From an uncultured delta proteobacterium (GTDB taxonomy: Bacteria > Desulfobacterota > Binatia > UBA9968), in NCBI GenBank assembly GCA_963737905.1, contig CAVTUQ010000025.1:160001-224000 (forward strand): DNA of 64,000 bases, in the 5' to 3' direction. Positions 1 to 9,150 of this stretch are shown here, in pieces (positions within the stretch are counted from its first letter, which is position 1; each line of letters starts with the position of its first letter). The translations under genes and the position numbers were made by a program. The notes under the pieces were generated by a model that did no database searches, had not been told where the DNA came from, and was given only the letters and a program-made list of their open reading frames with translations.

Positions 1-629
<629 letters not shown>

Positions 630-720
630 TTAAGAATTAATTACTTGTTTGGTTCTGGGTTGTCAATGATTTCGGCCGTTGTTGCAACTCTCGGAAAGTT
701 CATGTTACCTATCCATTCAG

Positions 721-796
721 GGCGGCGTACCCAAGTGGTTAAGGGAGAGGTCTGCAAAACCTCGATGCAGCGGTTCGAATCCGCTCGCCGCCTCCA
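721..796 (+). tRNA. tRNA-Cys(GCA)
   Basis: GGCGGCG/CGCCGCC acceptor stem, GAGGT-CT-GCA-AA-ACCTC anticodon arm, GTTCGAATC T-loop, encoded CCA. Confidence 0.97.
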
Positions 797-828
797 AACT
801 TGCCAAGGAACACTTGGCCCTTCCAATC

Positions 829-1087
829 TCAGCTAATTTCGAGCAAGCGATCCAGTTCCCCGGTGGAGTCAAGTCGCTGGGCTTTCGTCGTAGCCGCCAA
901 TAGACTGGTCATTGATAAAGATCTGCGGCACGGTTCTCCGGCCGGACAAGCGCTCCATTTCGGCTCTGCGTTCTGGATCATCGGTGACGTCGATTTCTTC
1001 GAACTCAACGGTCTTTGAACGCAGTAGGGCCTTGGCGCGAAAACAGTAAGGACAATAATTTGTCGTATAGATAACGACTCTGGGCAT
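829..1087 (-). CDS. grxC: glutaredoxin 3, apparent +1 frameshift near 884
   Basis: CPYC active site, TVPQIFI, IGGYDE; removing one base at 883-885 restores the typical tail AQRLDSTGELDRLLEIS*. Confidence 0.88.
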
Positions 1088-1180
1088 TCCCGTTGAAGCC
1101 TTGTTAATCTAATAATCGGATATCTTTGCCATTGGCTTTAAATCTTTCTTGAAACAAAAGTCCTTTTTTGCCATTAGTGG

Positions 1181-1780
1181 ATGGTGAAATTGATGGGCTT
1201 GACCGGCGGAATCGCATCCGGCAAGAGTACGGTCGCCGCGATCTTGCGCCGCCTTGGCGCGGCGATTATCAACGCCGATGAATTATCCCGCGAGGTCGTA
1301 CAACCGGAACAAGACGCATGGAAGGAAATCGTCGCAGCGTTTGGTCCTAACATTCTGCAAGAAGACAAGACGCTAGACCGAAGAAAACTAAGACAGCTTG
1401 TCTTCGAGAATTCCGCAGCGCGAAAGAAACTCGAAGCGATCATCCATCCGCGAGTCCGTGCTCTGGCGGAGAGAAGAATCAGCGAGCTAGCGGCGGCCGG
1501 CAGTTCCATTGTTGTCTACGAAGTCCCGCTTCTTTTCGAAGCTCAAATCCATCTTTGGCTTCGCCCCGTGATCTTGGTCGCCTGTGACATTGAGACGCAA
1601 AAGAAAAGGCTGCTCGAAAGAGATCATTTGACGGAGCGCCAAGCTCAACAGCACCTCGATGCGCAGATGAGCTTGGAGGAAAAACGCAAGCTAGCCGACT
1701 ATATCATCGAGAACAACGGCAACCTGGAAGAACTCGAACATCAGGCCCGCGCGGTGTTGCAAAAGATTCAGGCTACTTGA
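1181..1780 (+). CDS. coaE: dephospho-CoA kinase
   Basis: GLTGGIASGKSTV P-loop, IIHPRV, EVPLLFE. Confidence 0.95.
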   Translation: MVKLMGLTGGIASGKSTVAAILRRLGAAIINADELSREVVQPEQDAWKEIVAAFGPNILQEDKTLDRRKLRQLVFENSAARKKLEAIIHPRVRALAERRISELAAAGSSIVVYEVPLLFEAQIHLWLRPVILVACDIETQKKRLLERDHLTERQAQQHLDAQMSLEEKRKLADYIIENNGNLEELEHQARAVLQKIQAT

Positions 1781-2336
1781 CCCGCTCCAGATACGTCCCT
1801 TCGGAAGGATCCACTCTCACCTTATCCCCCACCTGGACAAATGGCGGGACTTGAATCGTCACTCCCGTCTCTAACTTCGCCGGTTTATAAGACGCGCTCG
1901 CCGTCGCCCCTTTCATCGAGGGTTCCGTATCGACCACCTGAAGGTCAACCGTCGAGGGTGGGCTGACGCCGATGGGCTTGCTGTCGTACAATTCCACTTC
2001 GACCACTTCGTTGGGCAAGAGAAAAGACAATAACTTACCTATATCTTCCGCCGTCAAGGTAATCTGCTCGTAGTCCTCCGTGTCCATAAACGTGTGAAGA
2101 TCGCCTTCGGCGTAGAGATACTGCATCTTTCGGGTCTCTAGCGTAGCTTGTTCGACGCGATCCTCCGAACGGAACTTATACTCGGTCCCAACCCCGGACT
2201 TGAGATTCTTCATCTTCGTCTGCATGAAGCCGCGCTTGTTGCCGGGGGTCAAATGGTGAACGGCAAACACCCGATAGAGTTGACCTTCATGAATAATAAT
2301 CATGCCCGGCCTGAGCTGTGTCGCCTGGATCAACAT
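1773..2336 (-). CDS. efp: translation elongation factor P
   Basis: 187 aa; KPAKLETG, VPPFV, YLER motifs; loop reads TPGNKRG. Confidence 0.95.
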   Translation of the reverse strand: MLIQATQLRPGMIIIHEGQLYRVFAVHHLTPGNKRGFMQTKMKNLKSGVGTEYKFRSEDRVEQATLETRKMQYLYAEGDLHTFMDTEDYEQITLTAEDIGKLLSFLLPNEVVEVELYDSKPIGVSPPSTVDLQVVDTEPSMKGATASASYKPAKLETGVTIQVPPFVQVGDKVRVDPSEGTYLERVK

Positions 2337-2429
2337 CTAGATTCTTTCCTTACCAATCTCCACCCTTGTTGTTAACAGTTTATCCCAGCTGCTTCAACGC
2401 GCTTCCATTGACATTCGCGCGTTCTCACT

Positions 2430-3689
2430 TCAGGCGTAAAGACCGCGCCAAAGCATAGCCCGCGCGACGCGATCGATACCGATCATCAATGCAGCTAATC
2501 GCATATCGACCTTTTCTCGCTGGCTCATATGAAGCACCTCGTGGAAGGCCCGAACTAGGATGTCTCGCAGTTTCTGATTCACTTCTTCCTCAGTCCAGAA
2601 AAAATTCTGTAGGTCCTGGACCCATTCAAAATAGGACACCACTACACCACCCGCATTGGCCAAAATATCGGGAATGAGGAAAACCCTCTTCTCCTTGAGA
2701 ACGGCATCGGCCTCCAAGGTTGTTGGGCCATTAGCCCCCTCAGCGAGAATTCGACACTGCAGCCGTCCCACATTTTCCTTCGTGATCTGCATTTCCATAG
2801 CAGCGGGTACTAGGATGTCGCACCCGAGCTCCAGGAGCGCAGCGTTGCTGATTTTTTCGCCGTAGGGACAGCCCTCCAAACTGTGATTTTTGTCGGCCAC
2901 CTCGAGCAACTTTGCGACCGGCAATCCCTTCGGGTCGAAAAAGCCGCCCGTTCGATCGGATACTCCGATCACTTTCACTCCGATGTTGGCAAGTTCTTTG
3001 ACCACTACGGAGCCGACATTGCCAAACCCCTGGACTACCGCGGTGCACTGGATCAGATCGATGCCCAAGTGTTTTGCCGCTTCGATGATCGTGTAGACGA
3101 CACCCCGACCGGTTGCTTCGCGCCTCCCTAGCGTGCCGCCAATGGCCACCGGCTTTCCGGTGACAACCTCGGGAACGGCGTGCCCCTTGTGCTGAGAGTA
3201 GGTATCCATGATCCAGGCCATCACCTGCTCGTTGGTGCCCATATCCGGTGCAGGCACATCCACTTCCGGACCGATGAAATTCAGAATTTCCGCTGTATAG
3301 CGCCGCGTCATGGACTGGAGTTCGTGACGTGAGAGTTCGGCAGGATCACACGAAACACCCCCCTTCCCCCCACCCAACGGCAAGCCTACAAGCGAGCATT
3401 TCCACGTCATCCACATCGCCAGTGCGGACACTTCTCCGAGATTAACTGCGGGATGATAACGAACCCCCCCCTTAAACGGACCCAATACGTCGTTGTGCTG
3501 CACCCGATAACCGGTAAATACGTGGACTCTGCCGTCATCCATCCGAGTTGGCACGCTGACAACTAAGGCCCGCTCCGGCCTCCGCAACCTGGCCGCCACG
3601 TTGGGGTCAAGAGCGAGCTTCGCTGCAGCGATATCGAACTGCTGGACCGCCATCTCGCTCGTCGGGCTTCGCCATTCAACGGTTGCCAT
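2430..3689 (-). CDS. gdhA: Glu/Leu/Phe/Val dehydrogenase (glutamate dehydrogenase)
   Basis: GPFKGGVRYHP, GGGKGG, PAPDMGT, QGFGNVG, EGANGP; ATG 3689 with GGAGG RBS. Confidence 0.92.
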   Translation of the reverse strand: MATVEWRSPTSEMAVQQFDIAAAKLALDPNVAARLRRPERALVVSVPTRMDDGRVHVFTGYRVQHNDVLGPFKGGVRYHPAVNLGEVSALAMWMTWKCSLVGLPLGGGKGGVSCDPAELSRHELQSMTRRYTAEILNFIGPEVDVPAPDMGTNEQVMAWIMDTYSQHKGHAVPEVVTGKPVAIGGTLGRREATGRGVVYTIIEAAKHLGIDLIQCTAVVQGFGNVGSVVVKELANIGVKVIGVSDRTGGFFDPKGLPVAKLLEVADKNHSLEGCPYGEKISNAALLELGCDILVPAAMEMQITKENVGRLQCRILAEGANGPTTLEADAVLKEKRVFLIPDILANAGGVVVSYFEWVQDLQNFFWTEEEVNQKLRDILVRAFHEVLHMSQREKVDMRLAALMIGIDRVARAMLWRGLYA

Positions 3690-3733
3690 CAAACCTCCGA
3701 TTTCTATCTGGACTGCGAATCTATGCTCCGTCT

Positions 3734-4079
3734 TTACCCCGGCGGCCAACGAAAGTGACGTCCGCCCAACAGATGAAAATGCAGATGAAAAACGGTCTGG
3801 CCCGCGTCAGCGCCTGAATTGACAACCACCCGAAAACCGCTATCGGCAATACCCTGATCGCGCGCCAGTTTCGCGATAACAAGAAAAATCTGACCAACAA
3901 CGGCTTGGTCATTCGCTTCCAGATCCAAAATCGTGGCGACATGCTTGCGCGGCACGATCAAGATATGAACCGGCGCTTGGGGACGGATATCTCTGAAGGC
4001 GACCACGGATTCGTCTCGGTAAACGACATCGCCCTTAACTCGGCCTTCAACAATGCCGCAAAAAAGCACAATCACTCAT
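3734..4079 (-). CDS. histidine triad (HIT) nucleotide-binding protein, probable 1-nt indel near start
   Basis: PQAPVHILIVP, GQTVFHLHFHLLGGR; ATG 4079 gives canonical MSDCxFC if one base near 4060-4067 is removed. Confidence 0.9.
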
Positions 4080-4120
4080 CGAATCATCTCCCTCGACGCA
4101 CTTTAGGCTTTCAATTCGGG

Positions 4121-4498
4121 TCATTCCAATGAGGGGTAGTGGACAAAAATCTTTTCACCCTCCATCTCGAGGGGCACGCTCTGGAGCGAGGCGCCTACGC
4201 ACGGCCCCCAGATACATTCCCCCGTTGCCGGCTCGAAGGTCGCACCGTGGTTGGCGCACATAAGGTAACGGCCATCGAGAGTAAAAAACTGGTTGTCCAC
4301 CCAATCCAACGAAATGCCAATATGGGGACACCGGTTCAGATAGGCGTACAGAGACCCTTGGTAATTGAGGAGCATGCCTTCGACGGTATGTTTCCCGTTG
4401 CCCAAAATAAACTTCTTGCTCATGCCGGGCGCAAGCTCGCCGACTTTGCCGACGAGCTTGCCTCTGACTTGTGCTTTGGCTCGGTTCCTATTTTCCAT
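4121..4498 (-). CDS. Rieske [2Fe-2S] protein
   Basis: NRCPH ... CANHGA ... GPC. Confidence 0.9.
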   Translation of the reverse strand: MENRNRAKAQVRGKLVGKVGELAPGMSKKFILGNGKHTVEGMLLNYQGSLYAYLNRCPHIGISLDWVDNQFFTLDGRYLMCANHGATFEPATGECIWGPCVGASLQSVPLEMEGEKIFVHYPSLE

Positions 4499-4977
4499 TA
4501 ATCAGCCAGGTGTGAGATATTTCCTTCCGGGCAGCTCACCAAGATGTCGCCTTGGTCTACGCAAACCGGCAGCCGATAAAGAGACTCGCCTTTACACGGG
4601 CCAGAGATACAGCGCCCGGTTTCACGCTCGTAGAGCGCCCCGTGCGTGTAGCACATGAGATACTGCCCGTCCTCGCTGACAAACTGATCCCGTATAAAAT
4701 CCAAGGGCGTCGCCATATGCCGACAGCGATTCACATAGGCATGAAAGCATCCGCCATCATTCACCAGGAGGCCGGCCACGCGGTATTTCTGACAAATGAT
4801 CCAGAATTTCTTTACTGCGCCCGGCTCCACGTCGGCTACGTGGCCGACGATCCTACCCCCGGCACGGCTCTCCTGCTCCATGCGCCGTTTGTCGCGTAAA
4901 AAAAGGCTCCAATGAATCGCCAGCCCGACGAGATAGGCGACAAGAAAAAAAATGGAAAGATAAATCGTGATCGTCAT
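4498..4977 (-). CDS. Rieske [2Fe-2S] protein with N-terminal TM helix
   Basis: Hydrophobic N-terminus; NRCRH ... CYTHGA ... GPC. Confidence 0.88.
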   Translation of the reverse strand: MTITIYLSIFFLVAYLVGLAIHWSLFLRDKRRMEQESRAGGRIVGHVADVEPGAVKKFWIICQKYRVAGLLVNDGGCFHAYVNRCRHMATPLDFIRDQFVSEDGQYLMCYTHGALYERETGRCISGPCKGESLYRLPVCVDQGDILVSCPEGNISHLAD

Positions 4978-4997
4978 TTTTGACCAGATTCCGGTCT

Positions 4998-5321
4998 CTA
5001 CTTAGAATCCTTTGTCACCGTATCCCGAATCCGCTTCACTCCCTCTGTCGTTTGCTGGCCGGCGATTCCCATGACTTTCATCAGCTCGGTGGTCATCTCA
5101 GCGGTGACCTGATCCTGAATACTGCCGCTTCCGTCGGGATCAGCCTTGAGAAACGCCATGATCTTTTCTTTGGCAACCCCCGTGCGCTCTAAACCATCGA
5201 GGAACTGTCCATAACCGACTCGGCCCCGTAGTTCTTGAACACACGCCATTAACTTCTTACAGTCGCCACACATGCGGGCCCAAAACGCAGCCCGAGCACC
5301 ACAATAAGCACAGCGTGACAT
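4998..5321 (-). CDS. hypothetical protein with N-terminal CxxC-CxxC zinc ribbon
   Basis: CAYC...CGDC; fits operon spacing. Confidence 0.7.
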   Translation of the reverse strand: MSRCAYCGARAAFWARMCGDCKKLMACVQELRGRVGYGQFLDGLERTGVAKEKIMAFLKADPDGSGSIQDQVTAEMTTELMKVMGIAGQQTTEGVKRIRDTVTKDSK

Positions 5322-5350
5322 CGTAACATTCCCCGGGCAACAACGTTTCT

Positions 5351-6145
5351 CTATTTCTGGACCAGCACCTTGGCCACCAAACCCTGTATTTCGTCAGTCA
5401 GCTTTTCGTTCGCGGCGACGATGCCATGGTGCCGGGTCTCCCGCCGATTGAACAAGAGTGTCTTTCCATTACCATCGACCACCTTGCCCCCCGCCTCCTC
5501 CACCATCAGCGCACCGGCGCAGACGTCCCACTCGTGAATCGACCGGAACGTTAACGTGCCGTCGCCCTCTCCACCGGCGACTTTCGCCAGTCGAAAGGCA
5601 ATGCTGCCAACCGATTGGATTTGACAAAGGTCCACGAAAACTTGAAATTTCCGCAGCGGCTCCGAACGGCTCACCAGCAACAACGCCCCGTGTATTTCTC
5701 GTCGGGGAGTCACGCGTATGCGTTCTTCATTGAGCTCCACCCCTTGTCCCGCGGCGGCTCGGTACAGCCGGTCCTCAATCGGATTATAGATCACCGCCAC
5801 TTTCGGTCGTCCCTCCACAACGAAGCCAATCGAGACGGCAAACTGGGGCACTCCTTCAATAAACTCTTTGGTACCGTCGATGGGGTCGATGATCCAAACC
5901 CGTGATGCAGTCAATCTGCTAGCATCGTCGCTGTCCTCTTCAGAAAGCCAGCCATCCTCAGGGAACCGCCCCTGAATAATTTCACGGATCCTTCGGTTGG
6001 CTTCGAGATCTGCCGTGGTCACGGGGTTGTTTTTGCTTTTCTCGTGGACGTCAAACTTTCCCTTAAAGAGCTTGCTAATGATCAATCCCGCTTCCCGAGC
6101 TGCTCGTTCGGCGGTGTTTAGTTCTTCATCGTATTGGGACATCAT
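5351..6145 (-). CDS. inositol monophosphatase family / CysQ-like bisphosphate nucleotidase
   Basis: LSEE, DPIDGTKEF, EWDVCAG. Confidence 0.88.
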   Translation of the reverse strand: MMSQYDEELNTAERAAREAGLIISKLFKGKFDVHEKSKNNPVTTADLEANRRIREIIQGRFPEDGWLSEEDSDDASRLTASRVWIIDPIDGTKEFIEGVPQFAVSIGFVVEGRPKVAVIYNPIEDRLYRAAAGQGVELNEERIRVTPRREIHGALLLVSRSEPLRKFQVFVDLCQIQSVGSIAFRLAKVAGGEGDGTLTFRSIHEWDVCAGALMVEEAGGKVVDGNGKTLLFNRRETRHHGIVAANEKLTDEIQGLVAKVLVQK

Positions 6146-6283
6146 AGGGATCCTTATCTTCGCGTATCAGACCGATGGGATCAAATGGATGCCGGATTGT
6201 GCTATTTCGACAGCCAGCCTGACCGAAGGTTGAGCAAGAGGCGAAACGGGTAAAGGTAAAAGTTGGTCGGGATGCTCATGAGT

Positions 6284-6883
6284 CTACGTAGGCTTTTCGA
6301 CAACTTCTGGTAAGTCCGCCGCAATCTCTGCGCCCGCATGAAGCATTTGTCCGATGGCGCGCTCCGAATCTCCAGGCTGCAGATTCACGCCGCGAACAGA
6401 GTCCGTGAGCAAGACAACCTTGAATTTTTCTCTGAGACCGTCGAGCACGGTATGTTTAACGCAATAGTCCGTTGCCAATCCGCCGACAAAAATGCGCTCG
6501 ATACCTCGCTGTCGCAACAGATCAACTAGTTTTGTTCCGCTGTCATTGATTCCGAGAAAGCCTGAATAGCCGTCTTCATCCGCGCCCATTCCGGCTGATA
6601 CGATCACCGTGTCTGGCGGTAGTTGCAAGTCCGGATGAAATTGGGCTCCCTTGCTCCCTTGGATACAGTGCGGCGGCCAAGGACCGCCATACGTGTTGAA
6701 ATGAGTCGTCTTCTCCGGATGCCAGTCGCGAGTGGCAAAGATCGGCAAGCCGGCTTTAGCGAATTGATCCATGTAGCGGTTAAGCACAGGGACAACCTGG
6801 TCGCCGTCCTTCACCGCCAGTGCCCCCCCCGGGCAAAAATCGTTTTGGACATCGACCACAATCAACGCGTCTTTGCTTGGCAT
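6284..6883 (-). CDS. pncA: nicotinamidase/pyrazinamidase
   Basis: VDVQNDFCPGG, DWHP, WPPHC, GLATDYCV. Confidence 0.92.
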   Translation of the reverse strand: MPSKDALIVVDVQNDFCPGGALAVKDGDQVVPVLNRYMDQFAKAGLPIFATRDWHPEKTTHFNTYGGPWPPHCIQGSKGAQFHPDLQLPPDTVIVSAGMGADEDGYSGFLGINDSGTKLVDLLRQRGIERIFVGGLATDYCVKHTVLDGLREKFKVVLLTDSVRGVNLQPGDSERAIGQMLHAGAEIAADLPEVVEKPT

Positions 6884-6930
6884 CGATTTCCATTATAGAG
6901 AATGATACTTTGGTTGCAATCGTGAAAGAC

Positions 6931-7638
6931 ATGGCCATCAAGGCAATCTTCTTTGATGCCGCTGGGACACTTATCAGACCCGCTCGAAGGGTTGGGGAAA
7001 GCTACGCCGTCTTTGCGCGAAAATACGGCATCGATGTTTCGGCCGGGGAAATCGCGGAGAGATTTCGTGTTTGCTTTCATTCCGCGCCTCCCCTGGCCTT
7101 TCCCGGTGTCGCCGCAGCACGTATCGAAGATCTAGAGCGCGCCTGGTGGAAACAGCTGGTGCGCCGCGTCTTTGAACCTTGGAACGGGTTTCAGCGATTT
7201 GACGACTATTTTGCCGAGCTTTTTGCTTACTTCGCCCAACCCCAAGCCTGGCTTCTCTATCCGGAGGTCGCAGAAACCCTGTCGGCCTTAGAAAGACGCG
7301 GCATGATCCTCAGTGTAATCTCCAACTTTGACTCGCGTCTGATCGGCATCCTCGAAGGCCTCGGTACAGCGCCTCGGTTCGAGCATATTTTTGTCTCGAG
7401 CCGGGTTGGCTATGCGAAACCCGATCAAGAAATTTTTCACACAGCGCTGAAATGGCACAGTTTGAAAGCCAGTGACGCGCTCCACGTCGGCGATAGTGAA
7501 GATAAGGATCTTCACGGCGCCAACAAGGCCGGCCTGAAGGGAGTGTTGGTCCAACGTAACGGCGAAAGCGATTCGAGTCTTTCGCCACGAATCACGACTT
7601 TGAGCGGCATTTTTTCTCTTTTGGATGACTTAGCTTGA
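6931..7638 (+). CDS. HAD-IA family hydrolase
   Basis: FFDAAGTL, SNFD, KPD, HVGDS..D. Confidence 0.88.
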   Translation: MAIKAIFFDAAGTLIRPARRVGESYAVFARKYGIDVSAGEIAERFRVCFHSAPPLAFPGVAAARIEDLERAWWKQLVRRVFEPWNGFQRFDDYFAELFAYFAQPQAWLLYPEVAETLSALERRGMILSVISNFDSRLIGILEGLGTAPRFEHIFVSSRVGYAKPDQEIFHTALKWHSLKASDALHVGDSEDKDLHGANKAGLKGVLVQRNGESDSSLSPRITTLSGIFSLLDDLA

Positions 7639-7905
7639 CGTTAAAAAGCAACTTGACAGGTCGAGACGGCTGCGGTACACGGCTGCTAGCTCTGGAGTTA
7701 AGGGTTAGCGTCCGGTTGGTGACAGGTCGCACAGGGGCCTGATCGACGGAGAAATCCGCCTTGACAGCTACAGCTTGATATTACCCATGACCAGGCGTGG
7801 GCAACGACCTTTTCGGTGAGCAATCTCTCTCACTCTGAGCGGTCTCGGGGCATGGGGGTCGAGAAATTCGGTTGACCGACTCTGTAACCGTAGTATTGGA
7901 AACCC

Positions 7906-8589
7906 TTGAAGAACAGACGGAATAGCAGGGCCAGCCTTCAAAGCGCAGTTGCCGCGGCAGCCGTTCAGGAGGAGCGGCGGCGCATCTCCCGGGAGCTGCA
8001 CGACCGTGTACTCCAGCTGCTGACCACCATTCAGTTGCGCTCCGAGATTTGCCTGAACGAACTGATAGGCAAACCCGAGCAGCTTGAGCGGGAGCTTAAA
8101 ACGATCGCGGAAGCCTCCTACAAAGCCGCGACGGAGATTCGGAGCCTTTTGCTGGAGAAACAGGTCGTCCATTTGACTGCCGGCACTCTGGAGCGAAGAC
8201 TCAAAGATGAAATGGAGATCTTCCGTGCACGGACCGGATTGAAGCTCAAGTTCGAATGCACCATTGACGCGCATAGTCTTCCCTATGCAGTGGAGCAAGA
8301 GCTGTACTTTGCGTTACGAGAGGGAATCATCAATGCCATACGCCACTCCCGCGCAACCGAATTGAATTTGTCCCTGACGCAGAACCAGAGCACTTGTTCT
8401 GTCGCCCTGAGGGACAATGGAGTTGGATTCGATAAAAGCTCGGTCGCAGGAGGGGGCGGTTTTGGTCTTAAGGGAATGAGAGAAAGAATCGAGAAGGTCG
8501 ACGGTCATCTTGCCATTGAAACGGCCCCAGGCAAAGGGACTTGTCTCTCCATTGAAGTGCCTCTCCGTGGCCGGACCAACACGAAGTGA
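7906..8589 (+). CDS. NarX/DesK-type histidine kinase core (HisKA_3 + HATPase), no sensor domain
   Basis: ERRRISRELHD, EGIINAIRH, DNGVGF, GFGLKGMRER, GKGT. Confidence 0.85.
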   Translation: MKNRRNSRASLQSAVAAAAVQEERRRISRELHDRVLQLLTTIQLRSEICLNELIGKPEQLERELKTIAEASYKAATEIRSLLLEKQVVHLTAGTLERRLKDEMEIFRARTGLKLKFECTIDAHSLPYAVEQELYFALREGIINAIRHSRATELNLSLTQNQSTCSVALRDNGVGFDKSSVAGGGGFGLKGMRERIEKVDGHLAIETAPGKGTCLSIEVPLRGRTNTK

Positions 8590-8616
8590 TTGCACCTACC
8601 AGGACCGCATCTCCGG

Positions 8617-9117
8617 TTACTGAGCGGCCAGTTCATCCAGGCTCTTACCTGTGATTCGAAAGACCGTCCACTCGCTCATCGGCAAAGCGCCTACCTTCGT
8701 GTAAAAGTCGATGGCCGGCTGATTCCAGTCGAGCACCGCCCATTCGAGCCGGCCGCAATCCCGTTCCTTCGCCAGTCGCGCTACATGCAGCAATAACGCG
8801 CGACCGTAGCCGCGCCTGCGGTAGTCTTCATCCACGAAGAGATCCTCGATGTAGAGGCCCGGTTTCCCTAAGAACGTGGAATAGTTGTGGAAGAATAGAA
8901 CAAACCCCACAGGCTTCGTTTCGAAGTATCCAATGGCGACTTCCGCTGTTCGCTGTTCACCGAACAGAGTTCCCCGAAGCAGCTCTTCTGTGGCGACGAC
9001 TTCATGCGACAGCCGCTCGTAGCGGGCAAGCTTTTTGATAAAAGAAAGAATGACTGGAACATCAGATTCGGCCGCCGATTTGATTTGGAATCCTGGAGTA
9101 TCCGTCACAATCATCAT
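8617..9117 (-). CDS. GNAT N-acetyltransferase (diamine acetyltransferase-like)
   Basis: LARYE, NYSTFLG, EDLFV, RRRGYG, WNQPAIDFY. Confidence 0.9.
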   Translation of the reverse strand: MMIVTDTPGFQIKSAAESDVPVILSFIKKLARYERLSHEVVATEELLRGTLFGEQRTAEVAIGYFETKPVGFVLFFHNYSTFLGKPGLYIEDLFVDEDYRRRGYGRALLLHVARLAKERDCGRLEWAVLDWNQPAIDFYTKVGALPMSEWTVFRITGKSLDELAAQ

Positions 9118-9150
9118 TGGCTTTCCCCTATGTTCGACGTGGGTCGTTGA

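Noticed and set aside
7680-7840. Glycine or c-di-GMP riboswitch
   Set aside because: Only fragmentary resemblance; core conserved motifs are missing
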